Both the position numbers and the translations under genes were made by a program. Shown piece after piece: positions 49,982 to 60,693 of a stretch of 64,000 nucleotides of DNA. How positions within the stretch are numbered: the stretch's first letter is position 1; each line of letters opens with the position of its first letter. Location: positions 1,408,001 through 1,472,000 of the forward strand of contig CP181291.1 in the NCBI GenBank assembly GCA_052279835.1. Direction: 5' to 3'. Source of the stretch: Microcoleus sp. GTDB lineage: Bacteria; Cyanobacteriota; Cyanobacteriia; Cyanobacteriales; Microcoleaceae. The notes under the pieces are model-generated. The model was not told the DNA's origin. It worked only from the letters and a program-made list of their open reading frames with translations, and searched no databases.

Positions 49982-50500
49982 ATGAACGTAAATTCTAATC
50001 TCTTAATGTACGCCCAATGGGCAGGAATTCTCACCGCGGCTTTCGCTGTTTTAACGGTGATTGCTTTTATCTTGCAGTGGGGTTTTCGCTTCCGCTTGGT
50101 AGGAGTTACTAGCTTTATGGCAGTAATTGCTGCTAGTATATTTGGCCTCGGTTTAGGATTGTTTACTCGCACAGAAATTCCCGGTGCTGTGCGCTATTCT
50201 CTAGTTTACGATACAGGCGGCGCTCAAACTGTAATTACCGTGCCACCGACGATCGCCCAATCAGAGTTGGAAGCGACGATGCAGCAAGCTGCTGCGGATT
50301 TGTACTCCCCAGGCCGCTCTGGACGTGGCAGAGACTACATGACCATTAAGGTACGGACAATTATACATCCAGAGCCAGGAGTCTCCCAGCCACTGTTTTT
50401 GGGAGAGGTGACGCGATCGCTCGCTACTCGATATGACGACAAAATGTCGATCGAAATCTTCCCCGAACAAGTCGCTACTCTGAAAAAATATCAATCCTAA
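49982..50500 (+). CDS. ycf51: Ycf51 (DUF2518) family protein
   Basis: WGFRFRLVG, PGAVRYSLVYD.G and RT..HPEPGVS.P..LG motifs. Confidence 0.88.
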   Translation: MNVNSNLLMYAQWAGILTAAFAVLTVIAFILQWGFRFRLVGVTSFMAVIAASIFGLGLGLFTRTEIPGAVRYSLVYDTGGAQTVITVPPTIAQSELEATMQQAAADLYSPGRSGRGRDYMTIKVRTIIHPEPGVSQPLFLGEVTRSLATRYDDKMSIEIFPEQVATLKKYQS

Positions 50501-50517
50501 AAGTAGGAAGATAGGAG

Positions 50518-51763
50518 TTGCCAAGCTGTAGGGAAAAGCCTAATTACTACAACCAAAAAGCTTTACTACCAGTTATCAAAAAAGACTTGGTAAAAGTTGG
50601 TCATAGTGGTGAATTGTTGGATTTTAAGCAAGTAGATTCTACGGTCTTGCAAGATGTTTCCAAACGAGTAGACCAAACATTTGAGCGATTTATCATCGGC
50701 GATAGTAAAGGTGGGAAATCAGGTAGACCTCGCTTTAAAACTGAAGCGGACTACCGGACAATGGCTTTTGCAACTGCTAGCGATGATTGGATTAAGCTAG
50801 TCCGCAATGACTGGATTTATATTCGAATGCCAAAACTAGGGGTTGTCAAAGTTCGGATGCACCGCTCCATCCCAGATGGATTTACCCTCAAGCAAGCTAG
50901 TGTCACTAGAAAAGCTGATGGTTGGTTCATTCAATTAATGCTTGAAGACACATCAGTGCCTGAGTTCACCCCCGATGGGGTTATGCCAACTTGGGACAAC
51001 TCAATTGGTTTGGACGCGGTACTTCATGAGAATGTTTATCTAGCAACATCTGAGGGTGAAAAGCTATCTTCACTCAAGCCACTACGCAAGAACCAAGCTA
51101 AGCTAGACCGGATTTCGACAAAACGGAATAAGCGTAAAAGAGGAAGCAAGGCTAGGCGAAAGTTGGCTAAAAAAGAGGCGCGTCTGCATCAACGAATTGC
51201 TCGTTCTCGCCAAGACTTTCAGTACAAAGTTGCTCACAAGCTTGTACGAACAGGTGCTAAATTCTTTTTCCATGAAGACCTAAATCTGAAGGGTTTAACC
51301 AAGCGGAACAAGGTAAAACAAGATGATGATGGGACTTACCTCCCCAATGGTCAATCAGTCAAGTCAGGACTGAACAAGTCTTGGCTGGATGCTGCATTCG
51401 GTCAATTTTTCAAGACACTGGACTACATAGCCGCAAAAGCTGGAGCAGTTGTCATTTCAAAAAAACCTGCTTACACCTCAATGGTACTCAGTTATCGGAA
51501 TGAAATCATTTTCACCGATTGCAGTATTCGAGATTATTGGGATGAGCAAAACTCTCTGATGGTTGACCGCGATATTAATGCCGCGATTAATTTAAAGAGA
51601 CTGGGGTTGGACATTTTCCCCAGTATAAAACGCCCTAGTGGGAATCTTTCTATAGTAGGAACTATGGATGAAGCGTACCAGAAGGAAATTTTGTATACCC
51701 TTATTAGGGCTGCAAAGATGCCCACGTCATAGCTGTACTCGGCTTGACGTGGGAGTATGTCAC
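50518..51763 (+). mobile_element. tnpB: 5'-truncated IS200/IS605-family element: TnpB ORF (50518-51732) plus right end
   Basis: G.PRFK; RuvC motifs IGLD, HEDL and DRDINAAIN. Terminal hairpin CCCACGTCA..TGACGTGGG, then AGTATGTCAC. The N-terminal domain, left end and tnpA are absent. Confidence 0.88.
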
Positions 51764-54700
51764 AGGAAATCAGAGGAGCTTATCGCGCCATTAACTCCCA
51801 CCAGAGTAGCTACAACTTCAGTAGTTCCAGCTACTCGCAGCAGTGTACCGTTGAGAGTAGGTGTAAATTGTAACTGCTGGAAACTCAGACCACCAGTCAA
51901 GACAAATCGATCGACACCAACCTCAAAATTAATCACAGTATCATTGCCACTAGCAGCACTCAACACAAATCGATCGCTTCCGATACCTCCAATGAAAGTA
52001 TCATCGCCCAAGCCACCAAACAGTAAATCATCTCCTTCACCGCCATTGATAATGTCGTTATCTTTCCCTCCATAGAGAGTGTCATTACCATCACCCCCGT
52101 TGAGAGTATCTTCCCCTTCATTACCGTAAACCAAATCCTCGCCAGCACCGCCACTGATGCAATCTTGCTGGCCAGTAGTACCCACAGACACACCCATGTC
52201 ATCAGCGCGATCGCCAAAGATGGTATCGTTGCCATCATCGCCACAAAGCTCATCATTACCATCACCTCCATAAATTAAGTCATCATCACTGTCTCCATGT
52301 ATGAGGTCGTTACCTTTGCCACCGTAGAGAGAATCATTGTTCTTACCGCCACTGATAGTATCCTCAGATTCATCGCCGAATAATAAGTCAGAACCGATAT
52401 TCCCGAAGAGCAAGTCATTCCCCTCGACATCCTTGACTCGACTGCGAGTACCACCGTACATAGTGTCGTCTCCACTGTCTCCGGTAAGGGTATCAGAGCC
52501 AAGTTCGCCCCAAATCAAGTCATTATCTTTGCCACCCCAAACGGCATCGTTGCCCTTACCTGCTTGCACCGTATCATTACCGTTACCGCCGGCAATGATG
52601 TCGTCACCGGTGCCACCAAAGATTAAATCTTGTTCGCCAGTATCCCCAATCGAGTTGGCACTGCCACTGTCACCGAGGATGGTATCAATGCCTTCTCCAC
52701 CGTAGAGAGTATCAGAGCCTAATTGACCAAAAATTAGGTCATTACCTCTGCCTCCATAAACAGCATCATTATCTTTACCGCCAATCAGCGTATCGTCATT
52801 TTCTTGGCCGCTCAGAAAATCGTTGCCGAAACCTCCGTAGAGCAAGTCCCGTCCCTGGAAGTCCTTAGCCCTGTTGTCAGTGATACCACCAAACAAGCTA
52901 TCCTCTCCAGTACCGCCAATCAACGTATCAGAGCCGAGTTCACCCCAAATCAGGTCATTGTCTCGACCTCCAAAGGCAATATCATTACCTTTGCCGCCAT
53001 GAATGGTATCCTCACCCTCATTGCCGTTGATGACATCTGCACCATCGCCTCCGAAGATTAAATCGCGAGCATCGTCAGGAGTCTGGGAGTTGTTTAGCCC
53101 GGTGTCTCCCAAAATAGTGTCCGCACCTCGATCGCCCAAAAGAGTATCAGAACCTAAGTCGCCAGAAATCCAATCGTTTTGTTTCCCACCGGCTATAAAA
53201 TCGTCGTTCTCACCACCGTAAACAACATCGCTGCCAAATCCGCCAAAAATTGTGTCATTGTCTTGATTTCCGTAAATTTCATCGTTACCACCTTCACCTA
53301 AAAGTAGATCGCGACCTGGAAAACCGATAATTTTTTCGTTACGATTGCTACCCTGAATGAAGTCGTTGCCATTGGTTCCTTTAAGGGTTTGTTCCTCAAG
53401 CGCCACTGGTGTCTGTGGGCGGTTAAATGAGAGTTCAGGGGGTTGTGTTGGTGGCAAAAAGTTAATTTCCGGTGTTTCCACAAGCAGCTCACACCCACAG
53501 TCTGTTTCAGGTTCGGCGATGGGAGTTGGTGTTGGTGTGGGGAAAACTGGCTGTAAGATAGCAGTCACAGTAGCCGTGGAGGGATTACTGATAGCCCCTT
53601 CGTTATCCGTGGCGGTGTAACTGAAATTAGCCCCAGTAAAATTATCAGTTGTTTGGAAAAATAATTCCTGAATCTGTGGAGGAGTCAGGGTTTGACCAGG
53701 TGTTACCGGAACGCCACCGTTGGCTGGTTCTCCTAAAAATAGGATTCCTTGGTCTGCTGGGGGCAAAGTGTTGATAGTGTAAGAAGCGATCGACCCATCG
53801 GGATCGGTGGCTGACAATCCTGTTATTTGTTTGCTGCTATTGGGGGGAATGCTCAAGGTAGCATCGCTAGCCACTGGCGGTTCATTGGCCTGGGGAGTTG
53901 GCGTGGGGGTTGGTACTGGTGATGGAGTTGGCGTTGGTACTGGTGATGGAGTTGGTGTTGGTACTGGTGATGGAGTTGGCGTGGGAGTTGGCGTGGGAGC
54001 TACAATCTCCGCTACCGTAGCAGCCGCCGGACTGCTGAGACCTTTGTCATCAGTTGCTCGGTAGTTAAAGTTGGCTCCGGTGAATGCACCTGTGGACTGG
54101 AAGAATAGCTGGCTAATTTGGGCTGGTGTCAGCACTTGACCCGGTGTGACAGGGACACCACCGTTGGCTGGGTCTCCTAAGAACAGGACTCCTTGGGCGG
54201 CGTTCGGCAAAGTATCTATTGTATAGGAGGCGATGGTTCCGTCGGGGTCAGTGCCTCCGAGTCCGGGGAGTCGAACGGTGCTGTTGGGTGCGATCGCGGT
54301 ATTTACATTATTCGCTACAGGCGGTTGGTTAGCACCCGGTAGCAAGGCCGATACCGTCGCAGCGGCAGGACTGCTGAGACCTTTATCATCAGTAGCTCTG
54401 TAGTTAAAGTTGGCTCCGGTGAATGTACCTGTGGACTTGAAAAATAACTGGCTAATTTGGGCTGGGGTCAGCACTTGACCCGGTGTGACAGCGACACCAC
54501 CGTTGGCTGGGTCTCCTAAGAACAGGACTCCTTGGGCGGCGGGGGGCAGACTATCTATTGTATAAGAGGCGATCGTCCCGTCGGGGTCCGTGCCTCCGAG
54601 TCCGGGGAGTTGAACGGTGCTGTTGGGTGCTAGGACTGCGTTGGTATTGTTGGTGACAGGCGGTTGGTTGACCGGTGTTGGCGTGGGTGTTACGCTCTGC

Positions 54701-57700
54701 GCTACAGTCGCAGCCGCCAAACTGCTGAGACCTTTATCATCAGTAGCTCTGTAGTTAAAGTTGGCTCCGGTGAACGTACCTGTGGACTTGAAAAATAGCT
54801 GGCTAATTTGGGCTGGTGTCAGCACTTGACCCGGTGTGACAGCGACACCACCGTTGGCTGGATCTCCTAAGAAGAGGACTCCTTGGGCGGCGGGGGGCAA
54901 AGTATCTATTGTATAGGAGGCGATCGTCCCGTCGGGGTCCGTGCCTCCGAGTCCGGGGAGTCGAACGGTGCTGTTGGGTGCGATCGCGGTATTTACATTA
55001 TTGGCTACAGGGGGTTGGTTAGGACTAGGTAGCAACGCCGATACCGTAGCCGCCGCCGGACTGCTGAGACCTTTGTCATCAGTAGCTCTGTAGTTAAAGT
55101 TGGCTCCGGTGAATGCACCTGTGGACTGGAAGAATAGCTGGCTAATTTGGGCCGGTGTCAGCACTTGACCTGGTGTGACAGCGACACCACCGTTGGCTGG
55201 GTCTCCTAAGAACAGGACTCCTTGGGCGACGGGGGGTAAAGTATCTATTGTATAGGAGGCGATCGTCCCGTCGGGGTCCGTGCCTCCGAGTCCGGGGAGT
55301 CGAAGGGTGCTGTTGGGTGCTAGGACTGCGTTGGTATTGTTGGTGACAGGGGGTTGGTTGACTGGTGTTGGCGTTGGTACTGGTGAGGGAGTTGGCGTGG
55401 GAGCTACAATCTCCGCTACCGTAGCAGCCGCCAAACTGCTGAGACCTTTATCATCAGTAGCTCTGTAGTTAAAGTTGGCTCCGGTGAACGTACCTGTGGA
55501 CTTGAAAAATAGCTGGCTAATTTGGGCTGGTGTCAGCACTTGACCCGGTGTGACAGCGACGCCACCGTTGGCTGGGTCTCCTAAGAACAGGACTCCTTGG
55601 GCGACGGGGGGCAAAGTATCTATTGTATAGGAGGCGATGGTTCCGTCGGGGTCAGTGCCTCCGAGTCCGGGGAGTCGAACGGTGCTGTTGGGTGCGATCG
55701 CGGTATTTACATTATTGGCTACAGGGGGTTGGTTAGGACTAGGTAGCAACGCCGATACCGTAGCCGCCGCCGGACTGCTGAGACCTTTGTCATCAGTAGC
55801 TCTGTAGTTAAAGTTGGCTCCGGTGAATGCACCTGTGGACTGGAAGAATAGCTGGCTAATTTGGGCCGGTGTCAGCACTTGACCTGGTGTGACAGCGACA
55901 CCACCGTTGGCTGGGTCTCCTAAGAACAGGACTCCTTGGGCGACGGGGGGTAAAGTATCTATTGTATAGGAGGCGATCGTCCCGTCGGGGTCCGTGCCTC
56001 CGAGTCCGGGGAGTCGAAGGGTGCTGTTGGGTGCTAGGACTGCGTTGGTATTGTTGGTGACAGGGGGTTGGTTGACTGGTGTTGGAGGTGTTGGAGGTGT
56101 TGGAGGTGTTGGAGGTGTTGGAGGTGTTGGAGGTGTTGGAGGTGTTGGAGGTGTTGGAGGTGTCAGAGCGGTGGTGACTTTGGCACCCGGTGCAGTACCG
56201 TCGTTGTTACTGGGAGTGGGGTCTGGGGTACTAGAGCTACTGCTGGCAGTATTCGAGACGCTGACTCCTGCTGGTGCGATGAAGCTGATGGTGCGGGTGG
56301 TGCTGGCTTGATTGGTTAAGGTGGCTAGGGGGAAGGTGACTATCCCGGTAGTGCTGTTGTAGGTACCGTTGTCGGAGACAACTACTCCTGTTAAGCCGGG
56401 AATGATGCTGTCGGTGATGGTGATATTATCGGCGGTGCTTGGTCCGTTGTTTTGTGTGGTGATTGTATAACTGACGGTGGAGCCTGGTGCTGCACTGTTG
56501 GTCCCGGTTTTGGTGGTGACGACATCGGCGCTCGGTGTCAGAGCGGTGGTGACTTTGGCACCGGTTGCACTACCATCATTGTTACTGGGAGTGGGGTCTG
56601 GGGTACTAGAGCTACTGCTGGCAATATTCGAGACGCTGACTCCTGCTGGTGCGATGAAGCTGACTGTGTTGGTAATCGCAGCAGCGGCGCCACTGGCTAA
56701 GCTGACAACAGGTGAGAAGGTGACAATGCCAGTAATTGGATCGTAAGTACCGTTGGATAGATTAACTCCTGTTAAGCCGGGAATGATGCTGTCGGTGATG
56801 GTGACGTTATCGGCGGTGCTTGGTCCGTTGTTTTGTGTGGTGATTGTATAACTGACGGTGGAGCCTGGTGCTGCACTATTAGTCCCGGTTTTGGTGGTGA
56901 CGACATCGGCGCTGGGTGTCAGAGCGGTGGTGACTTTGGCACCCGGTGCAGTACCGTCGTTGTTACTGGGAGTGGGGTCTGGGGTACTAGAGCTACTGCT
57001 GGCAGTATTCGAGACGCTGACTCCTGCTGGTGCGATGAAGCTGATGGTGCGGGTGGTGCTGGCTTGATTGGTTAAGGTGGCTAGGGGGAAGGTGACTATC
57101 CCGGTAGTGCTGTTGTAGGTACCGTTGTCGGAGACAACTACTCCTGTTAAGCCGGGAATGATGCTGTCGGTGATGGTGATATTATCGGCGGTGCTTGGTC
57201 CGTTGTTTTGTGTGGTGATTGTATAACTGACGGTGGAGCCTGGTGCTGCACTGTTGGTCCCGGTTTTGGTGGTGACGACATCGGCGCTCGGTGTCAGAGC
57301 GGTGGTGACTTTGGCACCGGTTGCACTACCATCATTGTTACTGGGAGTGGGGTCTGGGGTACTAGAGCTACTGCTGGCAATATTCGAGACGCTGACTCCT
57401 GCTGGTGCGATGAAGCTGATGGTGCGGGTGGTGCTGGCTTGATTGGTTAAGGTGGCTAGGGGGAAGGTGACTATCCCGGTAGTGCTGTTGTAGGTACCGT
57501 TGTCGGAGACAACTACTCCTGTTAAGCCGGGAATGATGCTGTCGGTGATGGTGATATTATCGGCGGTGCTTGGTCCGTTGTTTTGTGTGGTGATTGTATA
57601 ACTGACGGTGGAGCCTGGTGCTGCACTGTTGGTCCCGGTTTTGGTGGTGACGACATCGGCGCTCGGTGTCAGAGCTGTGGTGACTGTAGCAGCGTTATTG

Positions 57701-59937
57701 CTGGGAGTGAGATCTAGCGCACTGGAGCTACTGCTGGCGGTGTTGGAGACGCTGAGTCCTGTGGGTGCGACGAAGCTGATGCTGCGAGTGGTGCTGGCTT
57801 GATTGGTTAAGGTGGCTAGGGGGAAGGTGACTATCCCCGTAGTGCTGTTGTAGGTACCGTTGTCGGAGACAACTACTCCTGTTAAGCCGGGAATGATGCT
57901 GTCGGTGATAGTGACGTTTTCAGCGGTGTTCGGCCCGTTGTTTTGTGTGGTGATTGTATAACTGACGGTGGCACCGGGTGCAGCACTATTAGTCCCGGTT
58001 TTGGTGGTAGCTAGGTCAGCAATAGCAGTTATTGTAGTGATGGCCCTAGAGGTTGGTAGCGAAGTATTATTGTTCGCAACCACGGGATCGAAAGTGCTGG
58101 AATTACTGTAAGCGACGTTAGTGATGGTGGTGGGTGTGGCTGGAGCTATGGCGGTGATGGTGTAAGTGACGCTACCACCGCTGGTCAAAGTCGGAATCAC
58201 TGGCCACGAGACAGTCCTGGTTGTGGGGTTGTAGGTGCCGTTGTTGGATGGGGTGACTCCTGTTAAGCCTGGGGGCAGGATATCTTGAATTAAGACATCT
58301 TTCGCGTCGCTGGTACTGGGTCCTATATTAGTGGAGGTAATTGTGTAGGTAATCGCGCTGCCTAGGGCGGCCACCTGGGGTCCTTGTTTGGCAATGGAAA
58401 CGTCGGCTTGGGGTGGCTGATTTATACTTTCGACTAGGAGATTGTTAAGTTCGTGAATGTTTGTGCCTGGACCTGTGGAACCAGCAAAGCCAAATTTAAA
58501 AGTAGGTGGCACTGCTCCGTTTGCGGCTATCAAATTTGGGATGTCGATCAGTGTTTCGCCGGCATCGAAGGTGCCATTGCTATTTAAGTCTATGGCAACT
58601 GCAAGACGACCGTTAGGTTCTGCTGCCGCCGGAAATAATGTAATTTGGACGCTTCTTTTAGTATTAGGATTGAGTAGCCGATTCGTTACATTTCGATTGT
58701 CTATCTCAATGGAAACGCCAGTCAAATTATTACTTAACAAGCTATAACTTAAAAAGTTATAGGTTTTGCTTTCGCTACCTCTAACTGCTACTGTATCACT
58801 TAGACGGTTGGCAAAATCTCCAGGAGCTACGGGACCGCCCACACGCCCATCTGTGCCTAATTGCTGGCTGGAAAAAAAACCATATTCGTCTAATCCTACA
58901 CCTAAATAACCTCCTGAAATACCAGTTGAAGGGGGATTACTACTATTATTTGGAGCATAGCCAAGAGATCCACCAAAGCCTCCCGCTTTTGTTGGTGTTG
59001 CTGTTCCGTCAATCAGGAAAAAACTAATACCATCAGCCGGCTCGGTACCACTTGCTGAATAGGTAAAAAAATCAAAGGTAACTCTTATACCATCAGTAGC
59101 AGAGATGGGGTTGTTGTAGAGGACAAAAGCTGCTTGGTTTTCGTCATTTGAGGTTAATCTCAAAGCGCCTGAGCCGACTGGCTCGCCAAGCCCTAAACTT
59201 TGAATAATGCCACTGGGGTTGGCTGCACCTGTGGTTAAGCCTGGGTTAGCAGAAGTGCCAGAAATTCCATAGATCCAAGGCCCGATTACTGTATCGTTTT
59301 TAAAGTTTTCGGCGACTAAGGTAGCTAGGACTGATGGGTAGTCTTCTAGGACTTGTTTTTCAAAGGCTATTTCGGTATTGATTTTTCCTGTAGTAATTTC
59401 TAATTCCCAGTCGCCTCCTAGTGCTGCGCTTCCTGTGAGGTTGTGGGAAGCGGCAATATTTGCGCCGGTTATTTCGCTGATTTTTTGTATAAATTTAATG
59501 CCGGATTCGCTGGCGGCTATGTTACAGCCATAGAGTAGAATGCTGGCTGCTTTGTTGAGTGCTTTTCCCCACTGCTGCAATTGGCTGCTGTAGGTTTCTA
59601 AGTTGTGAATATTAAGTTCTGTTGAGCCAAGTTTGATGGCTGCTGCTTCGCCGTGAGAGATGATGTGAATGTTGTTGATGTGGTGCCGATCGCCCAAAAT
59701 TTCACTGATTTGTTCTATCCCATTTCGGAATCGATCGATCGCAATTACTTCAAATCCCGCTTTAACTCCGCTGACTAATTGTTGGTAGTTGTCTACTTGC
59801 GAGTCGAAAATTACTAGATCTTTGCTCTCTTGTGATTTTGCTGTCAAGCTGGAACTTCCCCATGAGATGTTACTCACAGTTTTTTGATAATTGCGTGTTT
59901 TCACGGTAGACATAATGTACTTGCTGGTAGACTTCAT
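51760..59937 (-). CDS. Giant secreted/surface protein: DUF4347, legume-lectin-like, 6x DUF11-like, Pro/Thr linkers, 7x ~115-aa Ig/cadherin-like repeats, RTX Ca-binding repeats
   Basis: HIISHG..LYGC..GGDWELE (DUF4347); ADGISF..GGSLGY..FGFAGSTG (lectin); AD...K/Y.IT..N.GP repeats; many GG.G.D nonapeptides. The start may be 59913. Confidence 0.92.
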   Translation of the reverse strand: MKSTSKYIMSTVKTRNYQKTVSNISWGSSSLTAKSQESKDLVIFDSQVDNYQQLVSGVKAGFEVIAIDRFRNGIEQISEILGDRHHINNIHIISHGEAAAIKLGSTELNIHNLETYSSQLQQWGKALNKAASILLYGCNIAASESGIKFIQKISEITGANIAASHNLTGSAALGGDWELEITTGKINTEIAFEKQVLEDYPSVLATLVAENFKNDTVIGPWIYGISGTSANPGLTTGAANPSGIIQSLGLGEPVGSGALRLTSNDENQAAFVLYNNPISATDGIRVTFDFFTYSASGTEPADGISFFLIDGTATPTKAGGFGGSLGYAPNNSSNPPSTGISGGYLGVGLDEYGFFSSQQLGTDGRVGGPVAPGDFANRLSDTVAVRGSESKTYNFLSYSLLSNNLTGVSIEIDNRNVTNRLLNPNTKRSVQITLFPAAAEPNGRLAVAIDLNSNGTFDAGETLIDIPNLIAANGAVPPTFKFGFAGSTGPGTNIHELNNLLVESINQPPQADVSIAKQGPQVAALGSAITYTITSTNIGPSTSDAKDVLIQDILPPGLTGVTPSNNGTYNPTTRTVSWPVIPTLTSGGSVTYTITAIAPATPTTITNVAYSNSSTFDPVVANNNTSLPTSRAITTITAIADLATTKTGTNSAAPGATVSYTITTQNNGPNTAENVTITDSIIPGLTGVVVSDNGTYNSTTGIVTFPLATLTNQASTTRSISFVAPTGLSVSNTASSSSSALDLTPSNNAATVTTALTPSADVVTTKTGTNSAAPGSTVSYTITTQNNGPSTADNITITDSIIPGLTGVVVSDNGTYNSTTGIVTFPLATLTNQASTTRTISFIAPAGVSVSNIASSSSSTPDPTPSNNDGSATGAKVTTALTPSADVVTTKTGTNSAAPGSTVSYTITTQNNGPSTADNITITDSIIPGLTGVVVSDNGTYNSTTGIVTFPLATLTNQASTTRTISFIAPAGVSVSNTASSSSSTPDPTPSNNDGTAPGAKVTTALTPSADVVTTKTGTNSAAPGSTVSYTITTQNNGPSTADNVTITDSIIPGLTGVNLSNGTYDPITGIVTFSPVVSLASGAAAAITNTVSFIAPAGVSVSNIASSSSSTPDPTPSNNDGSATGAKVTTALTPSADVVTTKTGTNSAAPGSTVSYTITTQNNGPSTADNITITDSIIPGLTGVVVSDNGTYNSTTGIVTFPLATLTNQASTTRTISFIAPAGVSVSNTASSSSSTPDPTPSNNDGTAPGAKVTTALTPPTPPTPPTPPTPPTPPTPPTPPTPPTPVNQPPVTNNTNAVLAPNSTLRLPGLGGTDPDGTIASYTIDTLPPVAQGVLFLGDPANGGVAVTPGQVLTPAQISQLFFQSTGAFTGANFNYRATDDKGLSSPAAATVSALLPSPNQPPVANNVNTAIAPNSTVRLPGLGGTDPDGTIASYTIDTLPPVAQGVLFLGDPANGGVAVTPGQVLTPAQISQLFFKSTGTFTGANFNYRATDDKGLSSLAAATVAEIVAPTPTPSPVPTPTPVNQPPVTNNTNAVLAPNSTLRLPGLGGTDPDGTIASYTIDTLPPVAQGVLFLGDPANGGVAVTPGQVLTPAQISQLFFQSTGAFTGANFNYRATDDKGLSSPAAATVSALLPSPNQPPVANNVNTAIAPNSTVRLPGLGGTDPDGTIASYTIDTLPPAAQGVLFLGDPANGGVAVTPGQVLTPAQISQLFFKSTGTFTGANFNYRATDDKGLSSLAAATVAQSVTPTPTPVNQPPVTNNTNAVLAPNSTVQLPGLGGTDPDGTIASYTIDSLPPAAQGVLFLGDPANGGVAVTPGQVLTPAQISQLFFKSTGTFTGANFNYRATDDKGLSSPAAATVSALLPGANQPPVANNVNTAIAPNSTVRLPGLGGTDPDGTIASYTIDTLPNAAQGVLFLGDPANGGVPVTPGQVLTPAQISQLFFQSTGAFTGANFNYRATDDKGLSSPAAATVAEIVAPTPTPTPTPSPVPTPTPSPVPTPTPSPVPTPTPTPQANEPPVASDATLSIPPNSSKQITGLSATDPDGSIASYTINTLPPADQGILFLGEPANGGVPVTPGQTLTPPQIQELFFQTTDNFTGANFSYTATDNEGAISNPSTATVTAILQPVFPTPTPTPIAEPETDCGCELLVETPEINFLPPTQPPELSFNRPQTPVALEEQTLKGTNGNDFIQGSNRNEKIIGFPGRDLLLGEGGNDEIYGNQDNDTIFGGFGSDVVYGGENDDFIAGGKQNDWISGDLGSDTLLGDRGADTILGDTGLNNSQTPDDARDLIFGGDGADVINGNEGEDTIHGGKGNDIAFGGRDNDLIWGELGSDTLIGGTGEDSLFGGITDNRAKDFQGRDLLYGGFGNDFLSGQENDDTLIGGKDNDAVYGGRGNDLIFGQLGSDTLYGGEGIDTILGDSGSANSIGDTGEQDLIFGGTGDDIIAGGNGNDTVQAGKGNDAVWGGKDNDLIWGELGSDTLTGDSGDDTMYGGTRSRVKDVEGNDLLFGNIGSDLLFGDESEDTISGGKNNDSLYGGKGNDLIHGDSDDDLIYGGDGNDELCGDDGNDTIFGDRADDMGVSVGTTGQQDCISGGAGEDLVYGNEGEDTLNGGDGNDTLYGGKDNDIINGGEGDDLLFGGLGDDTFIGGIGSDRFVLSAASGNDTVINFEVGVDRFVLTGGLSFQQLQFTPTLNGTLLRVAGTTEVVATLVGVNGAISSSDFL
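53560..56075. repeat. Seven intragenic ~340-bp repeats, six near-identical and alternating A/B
   Basis: NQPPVTNNTN and NQPPVANNVN units alternate; the first two pairs are offset by 714 bp. Confidence 0.9.
56078..56163. repeat. Perfect 9-bp tandem repeat (GGTGTTGGA x9) encoding (PPT)n
   Basis: Read directly from the sequence. Confidence 0.97.
56164..58020. repeat. Five near-identical ~360-381-bp DUF11-like intragenic repeats
   Basis: Offsets of 375, 375 and 381 bp between equivalent positions (57608, 57233, 56858, 56477). Confidence 0.92.
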
Positions 59938-60693
59938 TTCCGATCGACTTAATTGCCTCGTTTAAGCTAACCTATCTTAGAAAAATCGACAAACTATAAA
60001 ATATTAAGTTTTGTAACGGATTGTTGTTATCTATAAAATACTTACGTATTTTCTACTATTTAGTTATCTCTAATAAGTAAATTTTATACAGAAAGCGCCA
60101 TCATATAAATCCGATCGCCTCCGACAAAAAATCACCCTAAATCTGATAAAATTCAGCACTTACAGGTGTTTCAACTGTAGCTCTAGTCTAGATTTTCCAA
60201 GGGTGACAGAGCTTTAAGGGGGCGATCGACAATTAGCTCAATACGTGCGAACAACTTTCAGCAATTGCGAAATCGCAATTATTTCGAGTGTGTTTATATT
60301 TACATTAGCTCGCTGAACATGGAGGAAAAATATTTTTAAAATAAAGAATGTGAATAGTTTAAGCGATGTCAAAAAATATAGGTGTTGACAATTAATAGTT
60401 TAATAGTTATATAGCTTATAATGAGAATAATTAACTGCGAATATTATCACAGCAACTTAAAAAATACAATTAAATGGTGCAAAAATTAACAAGGCCACAA
60501 TTCCCCACGGTAAATTAAAAATAGGGAGATCCCCAACTTCATAAAAGTTATCCGGGAGCTCAAAGCACAATATCGACTGCTGTACAGCAAAGGGCAATCG
60601 GACTAGGACTCAACCCCTGAAGCGATGGACTGTTTTGAAGCGATCGACTAACCTCAGACATGAAGAAAAACTACCAATTGTTTCTCAGGATAT

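Noticed and set aside
56068..56319. Cys/Trp/Arg-rich ORF (CWR)n as a RiPP or metal-binding peptide
   Set aside because: It is the antisense reading of the (PPT)n 9-bp repeat in the adhesin.
59940..60690. c-di-GMP riboswitch or NtcA site upstream of the adhesin
   Set aside because: No recognisable GEMM core or exact GTA-N8-TAC was seen by eye. An Rfam scan would be needed to exclude a riboswitch fully.
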